This document shows, piece by piece, positions 13,964-27,228 of a stretch of DNA of 64,000 nt. Positions within the stretch are counted from its first letter, which is position 1. Every line of letters begins with the position of its first letter. This stretch comes from Octopus vulgaris (lineage: Eukaryota), in the NCBI GenBank assembly GCA_951406725.2, contig OX597815.1, positions 26,846,001-26,910,000 on the forward strand, in the 5' to 3' direction. Made by a program: the position numbers and the translations under genes. Below the pieces are notes generated by a model. The model was not told the DNA's origin and did not search any database. It worked only from the letters and a program-made list of their open reading frames with translations.

Positions 13964-14725
13964 TTATTATAGCCTCAGGCCAACCAAAACTTTGTGAGTG
14001 GATTTCGTACTTGGAAACTGAAAGAAGACTGTTGTATATATGTGTATATTTGTGTATGCATGTGTGTCTTGTGTTTGTACTCTCCCCATTGCTTGACAAC
14101 TGATGTTGCTGTGTTTACATTCCTGTAACTTAGCGGTTTGGTAAACTAACAGAATGAGTACTAGGCTTACAAAGAATAAATCCTGTGGTAGATTTCTTCG
14201 ACTAACGGCGGTGCTCCAGCATGGCCATAGTCACATAACTGAAACAAGTAAAGCAATAAAAATCTATGCCATTTCAATCCCGAGCAAGGCCGGGTATCTC
14301 TGTTGGTCTATTTTATGTCTGTAAGTCTGAAAACTCAGGTTTTGCTGCAAAGGTTATTTAAATTAAAACCTAAATTGATGATAAAGAATTGTTATCAGGC
14401 ATGATTAAGAATTAGGTTATTGTGAATTTAAATCTTCATAGACTCTCCTGAGATTCTGTCGTCAAAATTATTTTAATGTAACTATAGAAAGGAAACTTTC
14501 TATCAGGTCCTTTCATAGATTATCATTCCACCTTCATGTTATATCCTGATATATTATCCTATACAATTTCTGCTGTGACCAGCAGCGTCAAATGGACACC
14601 CGACGGACTGGTCGGTCAAGGTGAAGGTGATAATTTCATAGAACTTTAGGCCTTGCAAATTTCTTTCTTCTCCCTTGTTTAAAATAATGTTGCAATGTAT
14701 CAAATTTATAATCTCTAATTTTCAG

Positions 14726-14931
14726 GTGGTCGTGGAAAATGTATAAAAAGTTCTGAACAGTGGTTCACTCCAAATGAGTTTGAAACCTTTTGTGGTCGTG
14801 CCAGCAGTAAAGACTGGAAACGCAGTATCCGATACGGTGGCCGAACTCTACAGTGCTTAATTGAAGATGGCATTCTCCGAGCACATGCTACTTCTTGTAC
14901 ATGTGCAGCCTGCTGTGATGATGAATCTGTC
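14726..14931 (+). CDS. DEAF1: DEAF1 coding exon 2 (SAND core with KDWK, and zinc-binding motif)
   Basis: Acceptor ttttcag. Translates [69 protein letters not shown]. Donor GTATGT. Phase 1 to 0, in frame with exon 1. Confidence 0.97.
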
Positions 14932-15143
14932 GTATGTTGATTTTGTTAATAATATTTACTATGGCTTTCTGTAAAATAAATATCTTATTTTGTGCTTCTT
15001 GTTGGATACCTAGAAGTACTATTGTAAGACCAAATTAAATTATGAAAGAAATGACGTTAACTTTTTGTTTAATCTAATTGTACTTAGCTTGTTTGGATAA
15101 TGGAAGTTGGGATGGTAGTGTTATGGAAATGATAAAGTAGAGT

Positions 15144-15369
15144 TACTCTCTTTTTACTCTTTTACATGTTTCAGTCATTTGACTGCGGCCATGCTGGAGC
15201 ACTGCCTTTAGTCGAGCAAATCGACCCCGAGACTTATTCTTTGTAAGCCCAGTACTTATTCTATCGGTCTCTTTTGCCGAACCGCTAAGTGACGGGGATG
15301 TAAACACACCAGCATCGGTTGTCAAGCAATGCTAGGGGTACAAACACAGACACACAAACACATACATAT

Positions 15370-15432
<63 letters not shown>

Positions 15433-15594
15433 CACACGACAGGCTTCTTTCAGTTTCCGTCTACCAAATCCACTCACAAGGCATTGGTCGGCCTGGAGCT
15501 ATAGCAGAAGACACCTGCCCAAGTTGCCATGCAGTGGGACTGAACCCGGAACCATGTGGCTGGTTAGCAAGCTACTTACCACACAGCCACTCCT
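15144..15594 (-). mobile_element. SINE family A
   Basis: Near-identical to 41378-41791. Confidence 0.88.
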
Positions 15595-16400
15595 GTAATT
15601 TATGTTGAAAATACCAGATTAATAATGAAAACTCAGTTATTTTATTAAACCCCTCCGAGTTCTTGATTATTTCTAAATTAATTAATCAATTTTATTACAA
15701 ATATGGTCACAAAAGGGTTAAATACTATTAAAGGTTATCATTCATTACTACTAATCAATATAACCCAATTTCATTAATAAGGCTGGGTGAATACAAAGTT
15801 TCACTAATGAAACTTGAATTCAGAATATTGAGGGATTGAGCAATTATGGAAAGCAATTTAGTCAAGCATATAACCTTTTTCTAATAAAAGAGTTTACCAA
15901 ACTGCTAAATCTAGAATGAAGTCTCTCGCAAATTCATCTTGCTAAATTTAGAAAGCGTTCTAAATTGTAGCTTCCTACTTGAAAAATTACTGATGACATA
16001 ATAATGCTAGACTAAGTCAAGTTTAATCTCATTCTCGTTGTGGCAAGAGTCATGACACCCCCTATGAGAATAGACTTGACCAAATGGCTATAAACAGTAG
16101 CGGTCTGAGTGTGAGAGGGAGAGTAGGTGTTAATCCCTGGAAGTTGTAAGGTGTCAGTTTGTCAGAATATCATTAGTTGGTTCGTGGAAAATTTGTTGGA
16201 TTGTTACATTGTTGTTACCCTGCTTCATTATATATTTTATTATTACTACATGGTTATAGTGTAAACAAGTATCATCATAAATAGTGGCAATACTACAGTA
16301 ATTAGCAACAAGTAACTGTGTTACAATACTCACTTAACTGAATAAAAAATCAGCATTATGATAAATTGGATTCACTAGTATTTTGAAGAACATAGGAAAA

Positions 16401-16887
16401 TACATGGTGTGTTCAAAACCTTTAGGCATAAAAAAGACAATTTTGTACATTTCACAAATTTTATTTAATCATCTTCAAAATACTTTCACACACTTCTCTC
16501 AGCAGTTCTGTCATTGCTGGTAACACATCTGGGATGCTATGGAGCTCTGGTGTTGCTTTTCTCATAATTTCCTCTGGCATCATTACCAAAGTCCTGAATC
16601 TTCTGGATGGGTTGAACTTGAGTACCACCAAGCTTTTGGAAAGACTTGATGCATTATTCTGCTTGCTGCTTTCAGTTATCTTGTATGAAAATGCAAATCT
16701 GACAAGCACACACAACATGTCTATACTCTAAGTGTAACAGCCAGGAACTGGTGTGACCTACCGGCCTGAAAATTTTCATGTACGCACAAGAAGGGTGGCA
16801 TTACTGCCCATCCAAAAGATTTTGCCTATGCAGCATTAGTTTTGTTGGGAACAACTAGTTGGATGCCTTTTGAACGCACCTTGTGTA
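16401..16887 (-). mobile_element. Internally deleted mariner element
   Basis: Imperfect TIRs tacatggtgtgttcaaaa / ttttgaacgcaccttgtgta. Minus-strand remnants CIKSFQKLGGTQVQPIQKIQ (mariner N-terminus) are fused to EEIMRKATPELHSIP (mariner C-terminus). Confidence 0.75.
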
Positions 16888-17075
16888 ATTTGAAGCATAA
16901 CTACTTAAATATTTTATATGTTCATAATAATTTGTGACTAATGATTTGGTGCTTCTCTTGAATGCATTTTCATCACTTAAAAGAAATTATTGAAACTATA
17001 AAATTGTTGGTGAAATTTGTTTTTTAATACTTTAATTTCATACATTTCTTTATAATAATCGTTATATTTTTACAG

Positions 17076-17205
17076 ACGGGGCCTGTTCGCTTGTTTGTAC
17101 CATACAAACGGCGAAAGAGAGACAATGAAAATGGATCTCCAACAATGAAGAAAAGGCCTGGTGAGCCGAAATCTACTATAGTGCCTTCTGGAATGTCTAA
17201 AGAAG
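17076..17205 (+). CDS. DEAF1: DEAF1 coding exon 3 (NLS)
   Basis: Acceptor ttttacag. TGPVRLFVPYKRRKRDNENGSPTMKKRPGEPKSTIVPSGMSKE contains the DEAF1 GPVRLFVPYKRRK motif. Donor G|GTAAAT, phase 0 to 1. Confidence 0.93.
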
Positions 17206-17262
17206 GTAAATATTACTTACATTTTCTTGTCTTTTTTTCTTTAAACAAGATATAAGTGAATT

Positions 17263-17652
17263 TATTCTTTACTCTTTTATGTTTTTTCAGTCATTTGATT
17301 GTAGCCATGCTGGAGCACCACCTTTAGGCGAGCAAATTGACTTACTCTTTGTATGCCTAGTACTTATTCTATCGATCGCTTTTGCCGAACCGCTAAGTTA
17401 CAGGGACGTAAACACACCACCATCGGTTGGCAAGCAATGTTGGGGGCACAAACATATACACACATATACATATGTATATACATATATACGACGGGCTTCT
17501 TCCAGTTTCCGTCTACCAGATCCACTCACAAGGCTTTGGTCGGCCCGAGGCTATAGTAGAAGACACTTGCCCAAGGTGCCACGCAAGGGGAATATACCCA
17601 GAACCATGTGGTTGGTAAGCATGATACTAACCACACAGCCACTCTTGCGCCT
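17263..17652 (-). mobile_element. SINE family A
   Basis: Homologous to 15144-15594. Confidence 0.85.
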
Positions 17653-19071
17653 AATTTATCTGTTTAGTTCTTTTATTTTCTCTACTGTGTTGTTATGCCT
17701 GTGTTTTTCTAGTTATTTTCATAATCCTCTGAAAAAGAGAAATTTATATTGAAGGGTTTTTATGTTGCGGATTAATCATAGAGCAAGAGCTAGATGAAAA
17801 ATATAACCCTCCTAATTGTACTAAAGTGCTAATTACATTGTAAACAGTTTTTCAAGTGAAACAGTATCTTGAATAATTCAGAGGACTGAGTTATCCTGAC
17901 CTTATGCTACCCACTGAACATAGACTGAACACTTACACTTGTCATGTATTTCTAAAAATAATTGTACAAAATGCCAGAATGTTCAATTAACTTATTTGTT
18001 TTATGTTACAAGACATAGATTACCATGAGATAAAATTAGTATCAATAATATATTTAAATACTTAGTATTTCGGTCTGTCACGAGCCGTAGGACTCATAAG
18101 GCCAGAGCTTCATCCAATTTTCAGTGTTTCAACACTTTCCCCTGTGTGGGACATTGGTTTGTTGCAAGGTTAACTTTCCAGCTCTTGCTGGACCTCATTT
18201 ACAGCTGAGTGGACTGGAGCGATGTGAAATGAAATGTTTTGCTCAAGAACACAACACACCACCTGGTCTGGGGATCAAACTCACAATCTTAGAATCATGA
18301 GTGCAGCTCTCTAACCATTAGGCCACATGACTTCACATTAAATGTAAAACAAATAGTTGAAACATTTGATACCTTGATTTATGGAGGGTGCGTGTATAAG
18401 TTTCACCAGTTGTCGACCATCTTTTTCATTTGTTTGTTTCATACTAGCAGGAGTTAGACAGATCTCGCAGCATCTCACCATACATCATGTTTTTCTTCTT
18501 GTAGTACATGCATACACAACAGAGAAAACTGGCAAATTGCTATTGTGTATGTTATGTTATTTTCCACATGGTTGGATGGTTGGATGCCCTTTCTATTATC
18601 AACCATCGCATCAATAACTTGAAATACAACCTAACAACCTTCAATAGTATTCAAGTAACGGAAAGTTAGGCTTCTATAGTTCTACTATTACTACCCCAGC
18701 TTTCATTATCCAAACACTATTCATTTTATTATGTCACCAGCTGTAGAGAGTTTGTTTATACCAGAGTTAAAAAATCTTATCTACCCTTCCTCCCTTTGGT
18801 CACTATTAATATAGACATTTTGCCTTGGCTTTCAAGTTTAAATATTGTCTCTGCCATTGTTGTCATCAGTGCTCAATTTCCAGATCAATTCTATACTGTA
18901 CCAATAAAGATTTTAATTAACTAGCTTACTTTCACACTTATAAAGAGGGAAAATTGATGTTGGGTATTAGTGATGTATATTCCATAATATTACCCAAAAT
19001 TATTGTAATTGTTTTATTTGATAGTTAAGCTAAGATTTTATTTCTTTCAATTTTGTATGTATATTTTCTAG

Positions 19072-19191
19072 TAGTTGTAACATTACCGAGTGGTCCTGCT
19101 CTTAGCCGTCCCATTAGTGTGAATAATGCAGAAAATGGAGAAACTGTTCACATAGTTACAACAGATCCTCAAGGTAACTTCGTAACTGGAG
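19072..19191 (+). CDS. DEAF1: DEAF1 coding exon 4
   Basis: Acceptor ttttctag (TAGTAG tandem). VVVTLPSGPALSRPISVNNAENGETVHIVTTDPQGNFVTG. Donor G|GTAAGT. 120 nt, phase 1 to 1. Confidence 0.8.
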
Positions 19192-20586
19192 GTAAGTGGT
19201 ACATTTCAATTTTATTTATAATTAAGTGTTGTTAATTTCATAAAATAAACTTTATGGAGATGGCTTATATTGTAGGGTTGGGCAGATTAATTCCAGAGGC
19301 TTAATCTGATTAAGGAGTCTTTTGAGGAAATTCAGAAATTCAGGTCTGTTACTTTTATTGGCGACAAAGGGCTTAGAAAAACATTGTTTGAAGCATGATA
19401 CTAATGCTACTTGTTAGTGTCACATAGGCACTGAATGTAGATCTGTTAAGGCTGTGAAAAAATAAGGTAAGCAGGATGAATTGGTTGTGTAATATTGGTT
19501 GTGTACAGTGGAACACATAGTTTTTTATAGGAATCAAATTAATACAAGCCAGAGAAGTTAAATGTGTTATTTAAAAAACATTCATGGAAACCTTTATAAA
19601 CCGCCTTGCAACAAACCATAAACTGACACTCTAAAATTAAAAATCTCCTGCTCAGTAACAAACCCCAAACCTATGAACCTGCACACAAACTACCAATGAC
19701 CAATATGATTTATAATTTGATTGCAGACACGAAAGCTATGAACTTCACAACTCTAACATCTGTGTGTGTGTGTGTTAAAACAATTGCGTTCTAGTTTCAT
19801 TTTTTTTTTAAGGGCTTTTTTTTTACATATTTGTGTACGAGTTCCATGCACTTTGTAAAAATCAGTCACTATTTTTAGACTTTCACAGTTTCATCTTCTG
19901 GATCAAGTGGTGGGTGTTGGTGTTTGTTGTTGTTAGTCTTGTAAGTGTATGCTAAGCTGCCTGAAAGTGTCTGACTTGTATTTTTACCATTCATATCTCT
20001 GATCTTTATAATAAAGTGATAATCCTAATGCTCAGTATACTATGTACTTGAGTTTCATGTGTTTCTTCCACCCTTACACTCTGCACCCTCTGTATGCTGA
20101 ATTGGCCTTGCTCATCTTGCAATCATGTAAACCAGCACCATCTGTACATGACTTGATTGTTTAACAACTAAAATAGCAGTCTTTGGTCAAAGGTTGAATT
20201 TTTGGAAGAGCCATGGAACAAACATTAAATCTCATCAAAAAAAGTTGTTTAATAGATTGTTAAAGTAAATACCAGATTGAAATACTTACTAGGTCAGTAT
20301 GATTGACTACAGCCTTTAAAAAGCTGGTGCCCTAGCATGACCACAGTTCAATGATTGAAACCAGTAAAAAAATACAAGTCAGACACTTTTAGGCAGCTTT
20401 GCATACATTTACAAGGTAGCAACACACACCAATATTCACCATTTAAGCCAGAAGACAAGACTTTGAGGGTCAAGAAATGACAAATGATTTGGAAATGTTA
20501 CTGATCCAAATGAAGGAACTCATACTAAATTTAGAAGAAACCTTAATAAGAAAGATAAAACTAGAATGCAATCATGCTTTTAATAC

Positions 20587-20651
<65 letters not shown>

Positions 20652-20863
20652 ATATGTATGAACATGCATGTGTGTGTGACTTGGATATAAAAGTATATTG
20701 AAAATCTTTGTTAAATTACAAAATGAAAAGGGAATATAACAGTATGGTTATGTGTTTTATCACAATGTAAATTTTTTTAATCAACAACACGTGGTCTCAG
20801 ATCAATTCCCTTGCAAAACAGGTTCAACTCCTTTATATATATATGTATTTTCTCATCTTTCAG

Positions 20864-20967
20864 ATGCTGTTGTAATGACATCCTTGACAAATGCTTTAAA
20901 AGCACCAATGCCTAATGTATTATCAATGGATGTATCAGAACAAAAATATTGGTGGCAACTAGAAGAG
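20864..20967 (+). CDS. DEAF1: DEAF1 coding exon 5
   Basis: Acceptor tctttcag. DAVVMTSLTNALKAPMPNVLSMDVSEQKYWWQLEE; WWQLEE matches vertebrate W.YLEE. Donor GAG|GTGAAA, phase 1 to 0. Confidence 0.88.
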
Positions 20968-22532
20968 GTGAAAAATTAAATTCATTTTTCATTTTTTTTA
21001 TTCATTCTCATTATCTCAGTTGTTCTTCTTTGACACTTCACTAATAATATCTGATCGGTACAATCATTAAAATATTTATGTAAACACCATGAATTAGTGG
21101 CAAACTTTTGGTGAGTCAAATCCAGAATGCAAGTTCAACTCCTGATTAGCCATTTCACTTCGCCTTCTTTTTGTACCTACATTTTCAATATTAAGAAACA
21201 CACAAAAGCCGTTCGATTCACTTCAACATTTAAGTTTAATTTGTCAAAATATTTTCATCGCTTTAAGACCGCAACCTGTTCGCTGACAAAAATCCGTGCT
21301 GCATCTTGAGATGCAGCATGGATTTTTGTCGCGGTCTTAAAACGACGAAAATATTTTGACAAATTAAACTTAAATGTTGAAGTGAATCGAACGGCTTTTA
21401 TGTGTTTCTTAAATGGCTTACAAACACCTTCCACGCTGCAATTGTTTTCGTTTCAGCACACAATCTCAGATAAAATCACTTGCTATGCAAGTACATCTCC
21501 GTATATTTCAGTATTGTATAGAGAGATGACTGTTAGGTTGACTTGCACTTGATACATTGAAGATGAAATCTCTGGTGGTAAGACAACCAATATTGGGTAG
21601 TTTTCATTTCACTCTGTGAATTAAAGCTGACAGGTACCTCGACATGTTGTTTGACCTGCTAGCAATAGCAACCACATATTTGTTTAAATCAAACCCCACC
21701 ATTTTAAAAAGTAAAAATAACATTTTGGATAATGTAATTCTAGATACATTTGTATTTTACATCAGGTTTTTCATACTGGTATGTGTTAAACAGGTCTCAA
21801 AGCATCTTGCCCACTCATCACTGTCCTTCATTATTGGGCATGCACAGCAACAGAGAAAACTACTTGAAGATGGAATGGAGCACTTTTATTCTGGTTTAGA
21901 ATAGATACACCATATTCCTGGGTGTTGTAAGAAGTGACTTAAAAGGGTTGCATCAAGAAGGGTATCCAGCTTTAAAAGCACTGCCTGAATAAGGTCCTTC
22001 ATGCATGTGATTATATATGAGTGAATTACAGTACAGACTAACCTATAGGGGTCCAAAACCTAAGGTTGGGATCCCAGCTGAGGTAAGGATGGAATTCTGT
22101 CTATTTATGACGGCTAAGTGCTTGAATGTCTGTTGTAAAGACTTGTACATAAGATTTTGGAAGTTAGAGAGGGAGAGACTGAGAAAGACATGGTCTAAAT
22201 ATGATGCAGGTGCAAAAATGGAGGAAATGAGAGCAAAAAAAGGTATGGGAGGGAGTGCAGAGGACAGTGTAAACCGGATAAGATTGTCATAGGTTTTCAG
22301 GGCTAACCTTTGCTTTAGCAGAGAAAATGACCATAGAATGCTTTTTGGTGGTGGTGGTTGTGGTAGAACACTTTAGTTCTTAGGTCTACTTCATCAGGAC
22401 TGAATTGAATCCAAACAACCTGAATTGGAAACCCCCCCCTCTTGAAAGGAATAATTATTGCATATGTTACATCTGTCTCTTCTTTTATAAACCCTTCTTA
22501 TTTGTGTTGCTATTCACTTTCTCTCCCTTTAG

Positions 22533-22664
22533 ATGGCCAATTCTCTAGTGCAGCAAACACAACAGCTGAAAAGTATGATAGAGCAAGCAAAACAGCAGAG
22601 CTTAATTGCAAAAGAAAATGCTCTCCAACAACTAAAGTTGCAGATGGAGAAAGAAAAGCAGGAT
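22533..22664 (+). CDS. DEAF1: DEAF1 coding exon 6 (NES / coiled coil)
   Basis: Acceptor ccctttag. MANSLVQQTQQLKSMIEQAKQQSLIAKENALQQLKLQMEKEKQD parallels vertebrate MVNSLL.TAQQLKTLFEQAK. Donor GTAAGC, phase 0 to 0. Confidence 0.92.
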
Positions 22665-23495
22665 GTAAGCAGCTTCTGTTCTTATTATTAGTGTAGGTTA
22701 TGGTTTGTTATTTGTTTATTTTATATTTGGAATTGTTCTTATATGTTTGTAATAAATGGTTTTGAATTCTGGCCACTAAGAGTTGCTGATGGCTGAGTCG
22801 TTAAGTTGCTAACTATTGACTGAAGGATTGACACTTGCTTGTCTCTATAAAAAAATAAAATATAATAAACAAGTGATTTAATCCACTTAATGGGGAGAAA
22901 AGTATCAATGTAAGCAGTGAGAGCTCTACACATAATATTTTTTTATCAACTTTTATTTTCAGTAGAGTATATTACTTTCACTCTACTCAAAATAGATGAG
23001 AGATGTCAGTAAACAGTACTATTCTCTAACAATTAATTTGAGAGTTATATGAAGACTCAGTTACTCAATCATTATCCTTTCTACTATAGGCACCAGGCCA
23101 GAAATTTAGGGGAGTGGGCTAGTTGAATTCACATAATTTATTAACTCCAAAAGGGATGAAAAGCAAAGTCAACCATGGCAGCATTTGAACTCAGGACATA
23201 AAGAACCAAAAGTGCTGCTAAGTTTTTTGCCTGGTGCAATAATGATTCTGCCAGCTCACTACCTTATGTTCAAGTGCTTTATGGCGAGGTTATCCAACCT
23301 CATACCAACTACAGAACCATTAAAGCAGTATATATTTATTAGCTAACTACTCCAAAGCAATAAGAATGAATCTAAAAGCATTGTCAAAGAGAATTTTATT
23401 TGTTGAATCAGTAATCCTTGAGACTATAATTTAGCTCTTAACCCCTCAGCCTATATATATTTGTGGTCATTAAATTAATTATCTTTAAATGAATA

Positions 23496-24240
23496 CTAGC
23501 AGCTAAGCTCGGTTTCACCTGGTTGGTTTATATGATGTAGCTGTAAAACCTGCTCTGTGTAAGCATTCGACTTTTTTGGGCACGCTTACGTTAAAAAAAC
23601 AATTTTAGAATGACTTTTTTCTGTCAAAATGCTAAAAATAACTGACCAACAAAAAAAAAAACTACCAAGATTCAACCAAATCAAAAAATAAACCCAAATA
23701 CTAAGCGAGCAAAGATGAACCATCCCACTTTCATTGCGCACACACATTCACATAACCCCCCCCCCCCCCCTTTTACATACACACACATATATTCACACAG
23801 TTGAAACGCTGTTTGATTTATTTTTTCAGCATACAATTTTCATCATTCCACTACCAAGTATGACATCACCCCTTCCTTTCTCATTCATAAACACAAGAGT
23901 CTTATTATAGTAGATTATCTAGGTAACCATGGGAGATATGAAAAATATGACATCACCTCTTCCTTCCTTATTCATCTATCACCCCTTCCTCTCTCATAAA
24001 CACAAGAGAATTATTATTGTAGATTATCTTGGTTACCTATGAAAAAATACAAAGCCCAGCATCACCACCAGATCATTTTACACGTGTAATTTTTTATACT
24101 ATTCCAACCAGCCATTTGACTGTGAATCCCAAGACAAGAAAGAATCGCCTGTGTCAAATTTATATTAATAGATTACCACCTTTTACAGCTTTTAATGTAC
24201 TAACTCATTTTTGTAATCCTGTTTTTATTATAATAGTTAT
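23496..24240 (-). mobile_element. Helitron-like element
   Basis: Minus-strand 3' end ccaggtgaaaccgagcttagctgCTAGt (hairpin plus CTAG). Internal imperfect duplication at about 23859-23930 and 23946-24040. Confidence 0.45.
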
Positions 24241-27228
24241 AAAAGAAATATTACTGTTAGAAATTTGAACTTCAAGGTTAAAGTCTTAGTTATTAGCATT
24301 AACTCTTACATGCAGTTATGATAGCTCTACTCAGTAGCAATCATTATTTAGTAATATTTGTGTGTGTAGTGAGAAGCTTGCACATGGTTTCTGGGTTCAG
24401 TCCCACTGTGGGGCATCTAGGGCAAGTGTCTTCTACTATAGTCTTTGGTCAACCAAAGCCTTGGTAGGCAGAAACTGAAAGAAGCTTGTCGTATATATAT
24501 ATATATATATATATATGTTTGTCTGTGTTTGTTTCCCCTACTACTGCTGGTGCTGGTGTGTTTACATTCCTGTAACTTAGTGGTTCAGCAAAAGACTGAT
24601 AGAATATGTACCAGGCTTATAAAAGTAAGTTGTGGGGTTGATGCATTCAACTAAAGATTCTTCAAGGCAATGCACACACACACACACGCACATGACCGTG
24701 TGATCAAATTTGCTTGCTTTTCAACTATTGGGAATATATATATACACACATATATGTATATATGGATTGATTTGATGATTCACTCAGTTATTACTTGGAG
24801 CTTCATACACATAAGATTCATCTGCAGTTAATCAGTGATAAATGATTGAAGCCAAGTTCACAATGTATCAGTAATCTGATTCTCATTGATCAAAGGTGAA
24901 CAAATGTCTAACTGATATTGCTAGCTAGACTTTTGTGGTTAAGTAAACAACCTAGTACAGACCTCTAATCTTCAAGGGACAACTACTCTGCAATGCTTGT
25001 TAGACCTAATATCTGTGGAGCTTTGGAAAGTCTTGGATTCTTAAGCATGTAGAATCTTTCCAAGGGAAATTTTTCAAATGGTAGTAATTAGATTATATAT
25101 CTGGTTAAGTGATATCATTTACTGTTTTAATATCTGGAACTTTTCGGTTAGACAAAGCCTGCAGTTTTGTGATCCATTTGACAAGAAGTGACTTTATTGA
25201 CAATGCTCTGTGTTATTGGAGAGCAATCTGTTCCTTGGCCCCTGATTGTCCACATATTTTGATACAAAGATGTGGTGTTTCCTTTGTCCTTTAATCTAAA
25301 AGAGTGTAGATGTTGATAATAGTGGTTTTTGAAAGTGCTTGATGTAAGTCTCATGGAATACTATCTATGGTTTTTATAAATGTTAAATATATATGCATAA
25401 GATTTGAACAGAGTCTTTTGAGTTGGCTGGTAGTAGGTTTTCAGAAGTTAAAAGTTGCCTATTGAGATGAAGTGTGTGTGGCTAATAGTTTTGGTTGTGG
25501 TGTGTAATCTGGAAAGCAGTGCATGCGCACAAACAGACACAGACACAATTTGCATTTATACAGTACATTAATGTACTAACAGTTGGACAGTTTATTTATA
25601 GATGTAGATTTTTACATAGCGGTGTAACAAATCAGACTAAAATTCCAATTACAAAGACCATAGAATTAGCAAATAGGAAAGCTAATTGATGCTGGCTGTG
25701 GAATCGGAATAAAATTATTTTGTGGTGGAAGAAATGAAGAGAGTTTTCATATTTTGACATCTTCTTAGAACTCTTTCACTGCTGAATTACTAGCCTGAAA
25801 TTCATTAGCAGCACAAGCAGTCAGTCCAACTGGTTATTTCTGTCTAAGAAAGAAGACTAACAAATAAACAAAAAGAAGGAAAGATTTCAATATCATTTGT
25901 TTGAACAATAGAAGTGGTGAACTTCTGAAAATAATAATGTTCTAATCATATCATTTATTGAGTTGAAAAAACTGCAAGAATTTAGGTAGATCTAGCCATA
26001 TATCTTTCAATGGTTAATGTGACTGAAAGTATTTTGTGCAATTTTATTCTATGAATTCACTCCTAAGATGCTAATGCAATTGGTATTAGATACTGTAAAT
26101 ACCAACTGTGAGGTGTAAGAGAGTAACAAATCCACTGAAACAAAGTGCTCTTTTAGTAACACATAGCATTGTTGATAAATCTACTTCTTTTACAAATGGT
26201 TCACAGAACTTCAGGCTTTGTCTAACTGGAAAATTCCAGATGCTAAAACAGCAAGTGATATCACTTAACACTTTTGTTACCATATATTTGTTGAAATACA
26301 CTGCCTTTGTTACATTACAGTTAATTCTGAAAATATTGAAAAATCTAATAACATTGTTATTATTGAGCTGCAGTTTGGAACATAAATTAACATGAAATTC
26401 TGACACAAGGTTTTAACTTAGATCCCTTTAAAATGGGAAGTTTATATCATAGAACCAGGGGCAATATTGAGCAAGATGGTATTAAAAGGGTTAAACAGAT
26501 ATGTAGTCTACTTGCTGTTATAATAGTAAGTCTACATATTGTTTGCCATGCAACTACATTACCAATTACATGGGGAAGTGCCTGTTATTCCATCCTCTCC
26601 AAATTAAATATAATTTGTAAGTTATTTAGCAAGATAGACTTATCTACTAATAGTGAAGGGTCCTACCTGGGTTTGATGTTTGTGACAATAAACAACACAA
26701 TGAATTAAATTGTGAAATAACATCAATTTTATACCCTCAATTATATTGTAATGGTGAAGATGACCCACATTATGGTTCACTGCACAAATATTTCATTTTG
26801 AATTCAAATTTGGTTAGTCAACTCTGCTAATCCTTCATAAAGCAATATGTACCAGTAGTATGCTGATATTCTCTTCTTAGCTTTAGTTTTCATATACCTC
26901 TACCTTAAAAAATTTTATCCGCTACTTATTCAAAATGATATTTCTGTGTGCATCTATTTATCTATGTACACATACACATATATGTGTATATTTATTTCCA
27001 CCGTATTCTTGTATGTGCACTGTTATGAGTTAGGAACTATTAAATCAAATACATTGTTAAATAACAATTTTTTACTGTTCTTTCCTGTAAACACAGCTTT
27101 TTTTAATGTTATTTGTACTTGTAAATAATAGCAGTTTGTAAAGAAACTAAAGATACATTATATTTATCCGATTAAAATCCAGTACCATACCAAAACATGA
27201 ATGCTAAATATGTTTTATTTTGTTTCAG

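Larger units (their letters stand above)
11625..14306 (+). mobile_element. Helitron-like non-autonomous element with nested insertions
   Basis: 5' A|TC followed by ttacatattaaaactgaaaatgtctgtctgtgtg. 3' hairpin cccgagcaaggccggg followed by a degenerate CTAG (tgttggt). Pairing of the two ends is inferred. Confidence 0.45.

Noticed and set aside
15319-15598. Recurrent ORFs such as ...RLPNPLTR...GTMWLVSKLLTTQP (also at 10683, 17279, 41549)
   Set aside because: These are translations of SINE family A and its microsatellite, not genes.
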